Positions 1-9,927 of a stretch of DNA of 50,613 nucleotides are shown in pieces. The translations under genes and the position numbers were made by a program. The number at the start of each line of letters is the position of its first letter. The stretch's first letter is position 1. Where the stretch lies: contig CALBHT010000027.1 in NCBI GenBank assembly GCA_937892755.1, forward strand, positions 1 through 50,613, in the 5' to 3' direction. The notes under the pieces were generated by a model. That model was given only the letters and a program-made list of their open reading frames with translations, did no database searches and was not told where the DNA came from. The DNA comes from an uncultured Bacillales bacterium. GTDB taxonomy: Bacteria; Bacillota_I; Bacilli_A; RFN20; CAG-826.

Positions 1-1436
1 CTACCTTATCGAACCGCTATATCACAAACCGTTTCTTGCCAGATAAAGCAATTGACCTTGTGGATGAGGCTTGTGCGAACATTAAAGTGGAAATTGAATC
101 AATGCCAGCAGAGCTTGATGAGACTTCGCGCAAAATTCGTTCTTTGGAAGTCGAGAAAGTCGCACTTCAAAAAGAAAAGGACGACTCTAGCAAGCGCCGT
201 CTTGAAGAACTCCAAAAGGAACTCGCGTCCTATCGCGAAAAAGAAGCCACATTGACCAAAGAATGGGAAGCGGAAAAAGCCGATATCAAAGAAGCGAAAG
301 AGTTGAAGAGCAAGCTTGAAAAGGCACGCTTTGACCTCAATACGTATTTCGGAAATGGCGAATACGAAAAAGCGTCGCTTCTCCAATATAAGACGATTCC
401 CGAGTATGAGCATCGCCTTCAAGAAATTGAAGCGAAAGGAAAGACCCAGGAAAAACTCGTTGATGAGGTTGTTGATGAAGAGTCCATTTCTCGTATTGTC
501 AGCAAAATCACGGGTATTCCAGTTTCTCGTATTCAAAAAGGAGACCGTGAAAAAGTCCTTGATTTAGCGAAGACGCTGGAGAAGCGCGTTATCGGCCAAG
601 ATGAAGCCATTCGTCTTGTGAGTAACGCCATCCTTCGTCAGCGTGCTGGCATTAAGAACCCAAATCGACCCATTGGCAGTTTCCTTTTCCTTGGACCTAC
701 TGGCGTAGGAAAAACGGAAGTTGCTCGTGCGTTAGCAGAAGCCCTATTTGATAACGAGAATAACATTATCCGTATCGATATGAGCGAGTATATGGAGAAA
801 TATAGCGTATCGCGTCTTATTGGTGCGCCGCCAGGATATGTTGGTTACGAAGAAGGTGGCCAGCTTACTGAGAAAGTACGCAGAAATCCTTATTCGGTTG
901 TTTTGTTCGATGAAGTCGAAAAAGCAAACCCAGAAGTTCTCAACCTGCTTCTTCAAGTCCTTGATGATGGCAGATTGACGGATTCACAAGGTCGCCTTAT
1001 TGACTTTAAGAACACAATCATCATTATGACAAGCAATTTGGGGAGCGAATATCTTCTTGAAGGCAAAAAAGAGCCTGTCAAAGAGCTCTTGGATCATACC
1101 TTCAAGCCCGAATTCTTGAACCGTATTGATGAGATTGTTTACTTCAATCCTCTTTCGAAAGACGTTCAGTACCGGATTGTGGAGAAGATGCTTGGCGAGT
1201 TAGATGTGCGCTTAAAGGAGCAGTACTATAGTTTCACCTTCTCTGACGCGTTGAAGAAGTTTATTCTCGATAGTGCTTATTCACCTTCCTTTGGCGCGCG
1301 ACCATTAAAGCGTTTCATCCAAGATAACGTGGAAACGGTTATCGCGACGGCGATTGTGAAGGGCGAAATCGACACAAAGAGTAAGTATCTTGTCGACGAG
1401 GAAAAAGGCAACATCATAATTAGGCCGGTGAAATAA
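1..1436 (+). CDS. clpB: ClpB disaggregase chaperone, 5'-truncated by the window edge (M-domain coiled coil plus NBD2)
   Basis: The frame is open back to base 3 (..RYITNRFLPDKAIDLVDEA). It has a long E/K-rich coiled-coil middle domain, Walker A GPTGVGKT, Walker B VVLFDEVEKA and a GARPLKR sensor. Stop TAA is at 1434-1436. Confidence 0.93.
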   Translation, partial: TLSNRYITNRFLPDKAIDLVDEACANIKVEIESMPAELDETSRKIRSLEVEKVALQKEKDDSSKRRLEELQKELASYREKEATLTKEWEAEKADIKEAKELKSKLEKARFDLNTYFGNGEYEKASLLQYKTIPEYEHRLQEIEAKGKTQEKLVDEVVDEESISRIVSKITGIPVSRIQKGDREKVLDLAKTLEKRVIGQDEAIRLVSNAILRQRAGIKNPNRPIGSFLFLGPTGVGKTEVARALAEALFDNENNIIRIDMSEYMEKYSVSRLIGAPPGYVGYEEGGQLTEKVRRNPYSVVLFDEVEKANPEVLNLLLQVLDDGRLTDSQGRLIDFKNTIIIMTSNLGSEYLLEGKKEPVKELLDHTFKPEFLNRIDEIVYFNPLSKDVQYRIVEKMLGELDVRLKEQYYSFTFSDALKKFILDSAYSPSFGARPLKRFIQDNVETVIATAIVKGEIDTKSKYLVDEEKGNIIIRPVK

Positions 1437-1441
1437 TGGCG

Positions 1442-1478
1442 AAGCGAGGCTATGAAAACATAGCCTCGCTTTTCTTTT
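1442..1478 (+). terminator. Rho-independent terminator of clpB
   Basis: A 13-bp perfect stem AAGCGAGGCTATG (1442-1454) / CATAGCCTCGCTT (1459-1471) with an AAAA loop runs into TTTTCTTTT. Confidence 0.8.
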
Positions 1479-1523
1479 GTTCTTCAAGAATGCTTGGTTT
1501 TGGGTTAGACTCATGAGAGCAGA

Positions 1524-1577
1524 AAAAGAGGTTCGGTTCCCGATTCTTCTTGATCGTTCGTTTATAGAACCTCTTTT
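1524..1577 (+). promoter_or_regulatory. Leader inverted repeat upstream of the GH94 cellodextrin-phosphorylase-like gene (function unknown)
   Basis: A perfect 11-nt inverted repeat AAAAGAGGTTC (1524-1534) / GAACCTCTTTT (1567-1577) is separated by 32 nt and ends 8 nt before the SD GGAG (1586-1589). Confidence 0.3.
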
Positions 1578-1592
1578 AAAAAGAAGGAGTGA

Positions 1593-4550
1593 TTGGCATT
1601 TCTCGAAAATGCAAATAACAGTATGGAAACGATAATCGACAGTCGCGCGAATCGGAATGCTCAAGCGCACGAGATTTCAAAAATCTACGGAAAAACAACC
1701 ATTAATGATTCGTTTTTACTCTCTTTAAGCCCTAAAACAATCATTGGGGTAAACGGTTTAAAAAAGTGTGCTCCATTTTTCAAAATCCTTTTCGCAAACG
1801 AGAATGTTGCTTTCTTTTGCCACGCTCTTCCAAAAGGAAACAATTATCTTTTTGAAATCCACGATTCTTCTATCGTTCTTTTCAATATGACAAATGAAGA
1901 AAAGATCAGTTTTCCATATCAGAAAGAAGCGATGGATGCAGCAATGAAGAGCAATGCGTTTGGAGGGGGGTTGGATCAAGATGGGGACCAAGTTATCGAT
2001 TTGAAGACTCCTAACGTTGGACCTCATTATGCCATAAACCTTTTGCTGGGTAATCGAGAAGGGTTTGACCATCCGCTCCAAAGCACGCCGAAAAGCGTCG
2101 TGGATGCCTTTGGAGGAGGTTCTTTCCGTGGAGAAGCTTCTTTTCAAGTGCTAGCGACCGAATGGGGGCTTTCGCCAGAGCAAAACGGGCACCCCACGAA
2201 CCGACAATTTTATGTTATCGAGAAGGACAGACCACTTTTCTATAGCGGTCATATTACGAAACATATTTTAAAAGCAGCAACCACACATCATACGAATTTC
2301 ACGACGATTGAGTATCTTTTAGATAGCGAGCTAGCAATTCGGAGAACGATCTTTTTATTACCACAGAAGAAGGGCTTTCCAAGCGCGATTGAAATTCAAA
2401 TGATTCAATTAGAGAATCTTGCTACCATGCCTCGCGAATTAAGCGTTGTGGCGACAGGGATGTTTGGCTCCTCTAATCCAGATACCCAAAAGGCGGATGT
2501 CATTTATAGCACCGTCATTACTCAAAACAAGGCTTATTTCGATGAAAAAGGGAAACTCCGTTGCCTCACTCCCGATTATCACCCAGAATACTTTAAACGC
2601 GAGATTCGCTTTGCGAGCTTTCGCGATAATGAAGGATATGCCGATTCTTTCGAAACGAGTTACCAGAATTTCATTGGTCGAGGAAGCATTGAGGAACCTG
2701 AAGAAATTTACGCGTTGCCGTCATCTTTGTCTCTAAAAGGGCCGAATTTCTTCGCATTAGAGAAACGAGTAACTTTGCAAGCAAAAGAAAAAAGAACGTT
2801 GTGGGAAGAAGTTGGACTCAGTAATCAATCTCTTACAACCGGCGAAGACCATCTACGCAACTTCGAGCAAGAATTTGATACGCTTCAAGCATTCTTGAAA
2901 ACCGATAAAGATGTCCAAAAATGTTTACATGAGGTTATTAATTCGGAAAAAAAGTATTCCGCTCCCCTACAGATTGAAAGCGACGATGATTCTTATTTTG
3001 CATCTTATGTGAACCATGTTCTTCCTTTCCAAATTAAGTATCAAACATTTGTGTCTCGCTCCTTCTCGCAAACCCAAAAAGGGTATCGTGAAATCGGATT
3101 TCGAGAGGTACAGGACTTATTTGCCTCGATGCCGTATTTTTACGCGGAAGGCAAAGACAAGCTCATTCAATCTTTATTGAAAGAATGGATTGAGAACGTT
3201 TATGAAATGGGCTATGCCAATCACAATTTCTTTTATGTTGGCAAAGAGCCGGGGATGTGTAGTGACGATTCCCTCTGGCTATTACAAGCCGTGAAACGTT
3301 ATGTTGATATTTCCGGAAATACTTCTTTTCTCTCTAAGAGGTTCAAAATCGCGGGAAAAAACAAGAAACGTACGCTTCAGAAGACACTAAAGGCCATTTT
3401 GATTTATAGCGGCAAAATTTCGATTGGTAAGCATTCTCTTCCGCTTCTTGATAGCGCAGATTGGAACGACTGCTTGCGCTTAGACCCCGATTATTTGGAT
3501 GGTCCAAGCAAAGAAAAAGCCTACCGCAAACAACTACGTGCCTTGAAAGAATCCTATGGGGCTCCCTTTCGATCTTCGTATAGCGAGTCTGTAATGAATG
3601 CGTTTTTGTTGATTATTGCCGCGAATGATTATGCTTCTTTAATGAAAAGGGTTTGTTGGAAAGAGGAAGAAGAATTCGGCCGTGCCCTTGCTTCTTCTAT
3701 GACAAAAAACACACAAGAAAGTGCCTACATCGAAGGCTATTTTGCTCGCGTACTGCTTAACCGCGATAATCCCGTTCATACTCAATTTATTGGTAGTAAA
3801 GGCGACAAAATTTCAATTGACCCGAAGATTGATGGCTCCTATTACTTGAATAGTTTTTCTTGGTCTCTGCTTTCCAAAGTCGCTAGTGAAGAGCAAATCC
3901 GCTCGATGCTAATCGTTGTGGACACTTATTTAAAATGCCCTGCTGGCTATAAATTATGTACCCCAGAAAATTTATCCTTAGCGGGCGCAAAATCTAGCGC
4001 AACCGATCATTATTTTCCCGGTGATAGAGAAAACGGTGGCGTATTCAAACACGCGACGATGATGATGAGCGTCGCATTGTTGGAGGCAAGCAAAACCGTT
4101 CAGGACGATAAATTAAGAGAGAGAATGGTGGATGACGCCTTCTATATGATTGACCTTGTTCTGCCTTATCATGTTTTGGACAACCCTTCTCTTTATAAAG
4201 GAAATCCGCGTTTTTGCACGCAGTACAACAATAGTGAAACGGAGGAAAACATCGGCCCAATCCTTTCAGGAACGGCCTCATGGCTGACTTTGGCCGTTTT
4301 CTCTTTGCTTGGTTTCAGGGCGGAAGGAGATTTCTTTTCTTTTGCGCCGATGCTACCAAAAGAAAGCAAGGGAATTCGTTATCGCTTATCAGTTGGGAAG
4401 CTGACCGTGCATGTCAAAATAAGCAAAAAGAAAGGATGTGTCTTTTCCCCAAAAGAGGCAAAGTATTTTCTTGATGGGGTTAGAATCGCGGAAGGAAAGA
4501 TTTCACGCGATTGTGTAGGCGAGCACTCTTTGAATATTGATTATGACTAA
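1593..4550 (+). CDS. GH94 glycoside phosphorylase, cellodextrin-phosphorylase-like (long form with extra N-terminal domain)
   Basis: 985-aa ORF. Blocks VIDLKTPNVGPHYAINLLLGNREGF..TPKSVVDAFGGGSFR, SRSFSQTQKGYREIGFREVQDLFASM, catalytic-Asp block LPLLDSADWNDCL and GDRENGGVFKHATMM match my memory of clostridial cellodextrin phosphorylase. The start is uncertain: TTG 1593 lies only 3 nt after the SD, and the first in-frame ATG is at 1623. Confidence 0.82.
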   Translation: MAFLENANNSMETIIDSRANRNAQAHEISKIYGKTTINDSFLLSLSPKTIIGVNGLKKCAPFFKILFANENVAFFCHALPKGNNYLFEIHDSSIVLFNMTNEEKISFPYQKEAMDAAMKSNAFGGGLDQDGDQVIDLKTPNVGPHYAINLLLGNREGFDHPLQSTPKSVVDAFGGGSFRGEASFQVLATEWGLSPEQNGHPTNRQFYVIEKDRPLFYSGHITKHILKAATTHHTNFTTIEYLLDSELAIRRTIFLLPQKKGFPSAIEIQMIQLENLATMPRELSVVATGMFGSSNPDTQKADVIYSTVITQNKAYFDEKGKLRCLTPDYHPEYFKREIRFASFRDNEGYADSFETSYQNFIGRGSIEEPEEIYALPSSLSLKGPNFFALEKRVTLQAKEKRTLWEEVGLSNQSLTTGEDHLRNFEQEFDTLQAFLKTDKDVQKCLHEVINSEKKYSAPLQIESDDDSYFASYVNHVLPFQIKYQTFVSRSFSQTQKGYREIGFREVQDLFASMPYFYAEGKDKLIQSLLKEWIENVYEMGYANHNFFYVGKEPGMCSDDSLWLLQAVKRYVDISGNTSFLSKRFKIAGKNKKRTLQKTLKAILIYSGKISIGKHSLPLLDSADWNDCLRLDPDYLDGPSKEKAYRKQLRALKESYGAPFRSSYSESVMNAFLLIIAANDYASLMKRVCWKEEEEFGRALASSMTKNTQESAYIEGYFARVLLNRDNPVHTQFIGSKGDKISIDPKIDGSYYLNSFSWSLLSKVASEEQIRSMLIVVDTYLKCPAGYKLCTPENLSLAGAKSSATDHYFPGDRENGGVFKHATMMMSVALLEASKTVQDDKLRERMVDDAFYMIDLVLPYHVLDNPSLYKGNPRFCTQYNNSETEENIGPILSGTASWLTLAVFSLLGFRAEGDFFSFAPMLPKESKGIRYRLSVGKLTVHVKISKKKGCVFSPKEAKYFLDGVRIAEGKISRDCVGEHSLNIDYD

Positions 4551-4553
4551 AAG

Positions 4554-4589
4554 AAAAATCCACCCCACAATAACGCGGTGTGGATTTTT
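4554..4589. terminator. Bidirectional terminator between the convergent GH94 gene and msmK-like gene
   Basis: A perfect 10-bp stem AAAAATCCAC (4554-4563) / GTGGATTTTT (4580-4589) carries an A-tract on one side and a T-tract on the other. It sits in the 53-nt gap between two convergent stops. Confidence 0.7.
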
Positions 4590-4603
4590 CTCTTTGCCCT
4601 GTC

Positions 4604-5932
4604 TTAGGCGATTCTTAATTCGCTATTTGGATCGAACACATGGGCTTTTTCTATATCGAAGTCATAGGAAATGCTGTCACCGATTTTGATTTCGTGGGTC
4701 AATGGGAGCTTTGCGACGAGATCGATTCCGCAGAAGTCGCAATGGATGTAGTATTCATGGCCAAGAAGCTCAGCGACCGAGACCATTGCCTTATGGGCTT
4801 TGCCTTCATGGATGTCCTCTGGGCGGATACCGAAGATGATACTCCCCTTGCCGGTTTCAAGCGCTGCTTCAGCAGAAGCGAGTTCCTTTTCTTTTGCAGC
4901 GATAAGCTCTTCCGTTTTCTTCGCTGGATCTTCTTTTTTGGCAAGGCTAAGGCGTTTTTTCTCTTCTTCAACGGGGGCTCCTTTAAGTTTTTTGAGCTCT
5001 TCTTTAAGCACTTTGACGCGTTTTTCGTAGAATTCATGGAAACTCTTCTTAAACGCCGCAGTCGTTTGGACTTTTTCATTATTCATTAAGACGATAGAAT
5101 CGCCGTCATATGTCGCTTTCATAAGATTCATGGCGGGGGAACCGATGAATGAGGCAACGAACATATTCGCTGGTTTGGTGTAGATTTCCATTGGCGTTCC
5201 GATTTGTTGAATGTAACCAGCCTTCATGACGACGATGCGGGTGGCCATTGTCATTGCCTCGGTTTGGTCGTGAGTGACGTAAATGGTGGTGGCGTTGAGT
5301 GCTTCATGAAGTTTGATAATCTGGCTTCTCATTTGAACGCGGAGCTTTGCGTCGAGGTTGCTCAAAGGCTCATCCATTAAGAACACTTTGGCGTTACGAA
5401 CGATTGCACGACCGAGCGCGACACGCTGACGTTGACCGCCAGAAAGGGCTTTTGGTTTGCGGTCGAGATATTCTTCGATTTGGAGGATTTTCGCCGCTTC
5501 GTGAACACGTTTATCGATTTCTTGCTTGTTCAAATGGCGAATCTTTAAGCCGAAGGCCATGTTGTCGTAAACGGTCATGTGTGGATAAAGCGCATAGCTT
5601 TGGAAGACCATGGCGATATCACGGTCTTTTGGGGTTTTCTCGTTTGCGAACTCGCCATCGATGTAGAGTTCGCCGCTTGTGATGTCTTCAAGACCAGCAA
5701 TCATGCGAAGCGTTGTGGATTTTCCGCATCCTGAAGGGCCAACGAAGACGATAAATTCGTGCTTTTTTATGTCGAGATTAAAATCGAAGACCGCTTGCAC
5801 GTTGTTGTCGTAGATTTTGTCGATGTGTTGAAGAGAAACATAGGCATTTTCATGCCCTTCTAGAGGCATTGTTTTCTCCTTTTCCTCAACTTCTTCTACG
5901 GCTTCTTTCTTTTTGAATGGATTTTTTAGCAT
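4604..5932 (-). CDS. Sugar ABC transporter ATP-binding protein (MsmK/MsmX/MalK type) with an N-terminal extension and an enlarged regulatory domain
   Basis: Walker [10 protein letters not shown], signature LSGGQRQR, Walker [11 protein letters not shown]-loop VTHDQ and a C-terminal MalK-like domain (GIRPEDI). SD GGAG lies just upstream (reverse complement of 5937-5950). At 442 aa it is longer than the ~365-370 aa typical of this family. Confidence 0.92.
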   Translation of the reverse strand: MLKNPFKKKEAVEEVEEKEKTMPLEGHENAYVSLQHIDKIYDNNVQAVFDFNLDIKKHEFIVFVGPSGCGKSTTLRMIAGLEDITSGELYIDGEFANEKTPKDRDIAMVFQSYALYPHMTVYDNMAFGLKIRHLNKQEIDKRVHEAAKILQIEEYLDRKPKALSGGQRQRVALGRAIVRNAKVFLMDEPLSNLDAKLRVQMRSQIIKLHEALNATTIYVTHDQTEAMTMATRIVVMKAGYIQQIGTPMEIYTKPANMFVASFIGSPAMNLMKATYDGDSIVLMNNEKVQTTAAFKKSFHEFYEKRVKVLKEELKKLKGAPVEEEKKRLSLAKKEDPAKKTEELIAAKEKELASAEAALETGKGSIIFGIRPEDIHEGKAHKAMVSVAELLGHEYYIHCDFCGIDLVAKLPLTHEIKIGDSISYDFDIEKAHVFDPNSELRIA

Positions 5933-6000
5933 TATTTTTCTCCTTTTTTATTCCATTGATTTTTTCATATTTGTTTCACTTTCATACGGGAAAAGTATTC

Positions 6001-6354
6001 TCATGTGTCACCGCGAAAAAAAGACTCCTCTCTTTGCTGAGATATATGAGAAAAAACGTTAATTAACGATATGTATGCGTATATTTTTCTTCTAGCATGG
6101 TGACTGGAAGCAGATTCGTTTGCGGCAGCGAGCAATGACAGTAAATTATCTTGTGGTAGCACTTCCTGAGTAGAAATATCTACATCTTCGGGGGAGGGGG
6201 AAGACGAATTCATGTGAAAAAAGCGTGCAAAAGCTTCTTGAGGTTCTTTCTTTTCGTTAAGAAAGCCTTCATTCACAAAGGAATAGCTTGCTTCATTGAT
6301 GTAGCGAGCCAAAGCATTATTGCGGAGATGTTTTCCATTGACGCGACGCTTCAT
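6001..6354 (-). CDS. Hypothetical 117-aa protein inside the ABC operon (coding status uncertain)
   Basis: The ATG lies 3 nt after the permease stop (TAG 6360-6358, ATG 6354-6352), and the ORF fills most of an otherwise 425-nt gap before msmK. I recognise no motif. Confidence 0.35.
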   Translation of the reverse strand: MKRRVNGKHLRNNALARYINEASYSFVNEGFLNEKKEPQEAFARFFHMNSSSPSPEDVDISTQEVLPQDNLLSLLAAANESASSHHARRKIYAYISLINVFSHISQQREESFFRGDT

Positions 6355-6357
6355 GTT

Positions 6358-7242
6358 CTATCCTTTGACGCTTCCTTCCGTCATACCGCCAACAATATAC
6401 TTCGAAAGGAAGAAATAAACAACAACAAGCGGCATAATCGCGAATCCTATTAATGCGTACACCTTCCCTAAATTGAACGAAGACGGGTCGGATGTTTTTA
6501 CGGCCGCGATGATAAGAGGCAACGTCTTTTTGCTGCTATCACTAATAAGAAGAGCAGGAACAAAGAAGTTGTTCCAATTGCTAACGAAAGCGAAAATCAA
6601 TTGAACGGCAAGGGCAGGTTTGATGATAGGGAGACACATGGTATTGAAAATGTGAAACTCGTTTGCACCATCAACGCGAGCAGCTTCGATCATTTCCATT
6701 GGGAGGATTGATTCCATGTACTGTTTCATATAGAAAAAGGTGACAGGGGAGGCGATGCTTGGGATGATGAGCGGCCAAAGCATATCGCTTTGCCCCCATT
6801 CGGAAAGCATTCTTGCCAATCCGACACCGGAAATCGTGGTCGGAATCATCATGATTACTAATATGAATTTGAAGATAAGGTCTTTTGCTTTGAAACTGTA
6901 AACTTGGATGGCATAAGCCGTTAAAGCGCTGAAATAAACGCAGAGCAGCGAAGCCAAAACGGAGACGATGGCACTATTTCGTAGTGCGGTTAATACTGGA
7001 AGATGGTCATCGGTAAATACAAGTTTTAGGTTATTAATAAGTTCCGTTCCGAACCACATAGAGAAGCTGGTGGAAATTTGTCCATGGCTTCTTGTCATAT
7101 TGACCAAAAGCGTCCAAATCGGGAAGAGACAAAGGAAAGTCAATAGAATAAGGATTAGATAAACGAAAGTGCGGCGGATGCGAAGGATAGCGCTCATCCC
7201 GAGCGTTGCCTTCTTTTTCGATGTCGTGGATGCTGAAGTCAT
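6358..7242 (-). CDS. Carbohydrate ABC transporter permease (MalG-like)
   Basis: 294-aa polytopic protein with EAA loop MIEAARVDGANEFHIFNTMCLPIIKP. It abuts the upstream permease gene (7242/7244). Confidence 0.9.
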   Translation of the reverse strand: MTSASTTSKKKATLGMSAILRIRRTFVYLILILLTFLCLFPIWTLLVNMTRSHGQISTSFSMWFGTELINNLKLVFTDDHLPVLTALRNSAIVSVLASLLCVYFSALTAYAIQVYSFKAKDLIFKFILVIMMIPTTISGVGLARMLSEWGQSDMLWPLIIPSIASPVTFFYMKQYMESILPMEMIEAARVDGANEFHIFNTMCLPIIKPALAVQLIFAFVSNWNNFFVPALLISDSSKKTLPLIIAAVKTSDPSSFNLGKVYALIGFAIMPLVVVYFFLSKYIVGGMTEGSVKG

Positions 7243-7243
7243 T

Positions 7244-8341
7244 TTATTTGCCTCCTTCTTTCAATGCGGTCTCTTTTGTAATTTCCGCGATTGTGTCAGG
7301 ACAATCTTTGTAGGCTCGGAGGCGCTTTCTACGATCTTTCAGCGCCGCCTTTTCGGGATTTTTCGAATGGTAATTCGAATAATAGACGGTAAAGGAAAGA
7401 ATCGCAGTGATTACGAAAAGAACGATACTCAAAGCACCGGCCTCGCCATAATTGTGTTTCACCGTAACCAAATTAAATAAATACATCATCACGGTTTCGC
7501 TGCTTCTTAAGTTTCCACCGGTTGTTTGCGTAAAGATTTGGGCGACATCAAATAGCTGGACGCCGCCAATCATAGATGTTATAAAAACGTATAAGAAAAT
7601 CGGTTTGAGCAAAGGCATCGTGATGCTCCAAAAGGTCTTGTGCGCGCTCGCCCCATCGATGCGTGCGCTTTCGAAAATGGATTCATCAATTCCCATGATT
7701 CCAGACATCAGCAATAATGTGGTATTACCAAACCACATTAAGCAGTTTAAGAAAGCGATGATGATATGTGTCCACATTTCATCGTTATCGAGGCTGATGG
7801 CATTGCTAAGGTCAATCCAACCCCACTTTGCGAGGATTTGAAAGACAGGGCCACTTCTTCCAAAAATCATCAAGAAAAGCATGCCAAACGCTGCGGCCAT
7901 AATAAGATTAGGCATATACATTACTGTTTTCCAAAACCGCTGACCGCGAATCTTCAAACGAGAATCGGTGAACCATACGGCGAGGGCTAAAGATATGATA
8001 ATTTGGGGGATGAATCCAATAATCCAAATAATCATCGTGTTCATTAAATAATAAACAAAGGTTGGCATATGAGCGGTCGTCGTTAAAACTTGATCAAATA
8101 AGACGATTGTTCGGTCCATTTCTGCACCTGACTCAAAGATGGATCTGAAGTTTTCAATCCCATTCCAAGACGGGCCGACACTCATAAGGCCTTGTTCATA
8201 ATATTCTTGGAAAGCATAAATGAATGTTTTACCAAGCGGCACAAGCTGAAAGATAATGAAAACGAGAAAGAAAGGAACAAGGAAGAAATATCCCCATTTG
8301 TCATATCTGACACTTTTCTTTCGCTTAGAGAGTTTGTTCAT
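7244..8341 (-). CDS. Carbohydrate ABC transporter permease (MalF-like)
   Basis: 365-aa polytopic protein with EAA loop IFESARIDGASAHKTFWSITMPLLKP and a hydrophilic C-terminal tail. Confidence 0.9.
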   Translation of the reverse strand: MNKLSKRKKSVRYDKWGYFFLVPFFLVFIIFQLVPLGKTFIYAFQEYYEQGLMSVGPSWNGIENFRSIFESGAEMDRTIVLFDQVLTTTAHMPTFVYYLMNTMIIWIIGFIPQIIISLALAVWFTDSRLKIRGQRFWKTVMYMPNLIMAAAFGMLFLMIFGRSGPVFQILAKWGWIDLSNAISLDNDEMWTHIIIAFLNCLMWFGNTTLLLMSGIMGIDESIFESARIDGASAHKTFWSITMPLLKPIFLYVFITSMIGGVQLFDVAQIFTQTTGGNLRSSETVMMYLFNLVTVKHNYGEAGALSIVLFVITAILSFTVYYSNYHSKNPEKAALKDRRKRLRAYKDCPDTIAEITKETALKEGGK

Positions 8342-8407
8342 TTTTTTCTCCTTTCCGAATGCTAGAAAGAGGGAGAGGCAATTGGTGCCTCCCCTCCACG
8401 TATCGAC

Positions 8408-9898
8408 TTAGATGGTTTTTCCGTCCCAGTTATCCCAATCTGAAGAGAATTCGAGATTGTTTTCTTTTTCTTGGACGCCTTCCTTAAAGGATGCCAAAGC
8501 GGCTTTGTAGTTGCCTTTGTTGACGCCGAAGAAGTAGGATTCGAAAGCGTTTTGGATACCTTCATTGAGTGTTTGATCGCTTGGACCAGCGTTCTTCATG
8601 CTGATTTTCGCGGCGCTTTCCTTAAAGAGAGCGATGTGGTTTTGCCCACCGAGAAAATCACTACCATAGGTTGGATCCGCGGCGAGTTTTTCCATGGCAC
8701 TCTTGCTATTTGTGTAATCTTGCGTCTCGCGGGTGATGCTCTTTGCTATTTGGGCGCTGCAGGTAAGTTTATACATGACATCGTTGATTAAAGATTTGTT
8801 GTCTGTACCTTTTGCTGCGCAGAGCCAGCTTCCACCCCAATACCAAGAAGCAGGTCCTTTGCAGACAGCATAATCGCCATAAAGGGATTTTGTGGTATCG
8901 ATGGTACCGTCTTCCTTTAACACTTTTCCTAATCCATCTGGATCGGCGTTACTTGCCAAGGTGAAGTTAATTCCCCAGGTGCTATAGAAGAAGCCGAAGG
9001 TCTTTTTGCCAGTCACGGCCTCGTCGCCTTTTCCGATTGTTTTTCCATCTGGCCCTTGATCAGCTTGCCAGGCCTGGCTCCAAAGCTTATTGTCATCGAT
9101 ATAGCCTTTGTCGGCATAATTGTATGTGTTGACAATCCATTTTTTGATCATTGGGTCAAGACGGACTTTGCCGTTTTCAATCCATGGTTTTTCCATGTTG
9201 TTGCTATAAGGACGATAATTATCCGCAAAGCCAGAGAGCATCTTGACTCCCTTTTCATGCATTTTGGCAGCGACTGCATCGAACTTCGTCCAATCGGCAA
9301 GCTTTTCTTGAACCTCACTTGGGTCATCGGTGCCGAGAACGTCTTTCGCAATGTCGCGGCGATAGGCGAAAAGCCCCGGGGTGGCTTGCCAAGAAGTGGC
9401 CTTTAAGGCATTATTGTAGGTAACAATATCTTGTGTATACTGATATTGGTCAGAAAGGTCAGCGTCGGTTAATCCGATATCCTTCTTCAAATCAAGCGTG
9501 TAATCGGTCCCTGTGTATTTGGTCGCATAATCCGCTTCGATGAGGAACATATCGATTTTACTATCGGCACTGGCTTTTTCGTTTGCTTTCAATTTCTCAT
9601 CGAGTTTGTTTTGATAGTTGTTATTGTCGTTTGGCTCGATGATGAAGTTCACTTTGGTGCCGTCGCGGAGAAGATCATAAGACTTTCCTCCCTCGGTGAC
9701 CGTTTTGACGTAGTCTGGATAGAACGATCTGAATCTGCTTTGGAACTCGTCATTCCAGCACATGATATTGAGGATTTTGCCTTCCTCGGTCGTGTTTCCA
9801 CCATTGCTGCAGGTGCTATTGCCGCCATTATTGCAGCCAACTAACGATAGGAGCCCGACTGCCGATATTGCGGCGATTGCAAACATTGACTTTTTCAT
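8408..9898 (-). CDS. Extracellular sugar-binding lipoprotein of the ABC transporter
   Basis: 496 aa with signal peptide and lipobox MKKSMFAIAAISAVGLLSLVGC. Its position ahead of the two permeases fits a family-1 solute-binding protein. It begins only 29 nt after the lacI-type gene. Confidence 0.85.
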   Translation of the reverse strand: MKKSMFAIAAISAVGLLSLVGCNNGGNSTCSNGGNTTEEGKILNIMCWNDEFQSRFRSFYPDYVKTVTEGGKSYDLLRDGTKVNFIIEPNDNNNYQNKLDEKLKANEKASADSKIDMFLIEADYATKYTGTDYTLDLKKDIGLTDADLSDQYQYTQDIVTYNNALKATSWQATPGLFAYRRDIAKDVLGTDDPSEVQEKLADWTKFDAVAAKMHEKGVKMLSGFADNYRPYSNNMEKPWIENGKVRLDPMIKKWIVNTYNYADKGYIDDNKLWSQAWQADQGPDGKTIGKGDEAVTGKKTFGFFYSTWGINFTLASNADPDGLGKVLKEDGTIDTTKSLYGDYAVCKGPASWYWGGSWLCAAKGTDNKSLINDVMYKLTCSAQIAKSITRETQDYTNSKSAMEKLAADPTYGSDFLGGQNHIALFKESAAKISMKNAGPSDQTLNEGIQNAFESYFFGVNKGNYKAALASFKEGVQEKENNLEFSSDWDNWDGKTI

Positions 9899-9927
9899 TG
9901 AATTAATATTCCTCCTTTCAATATTTG

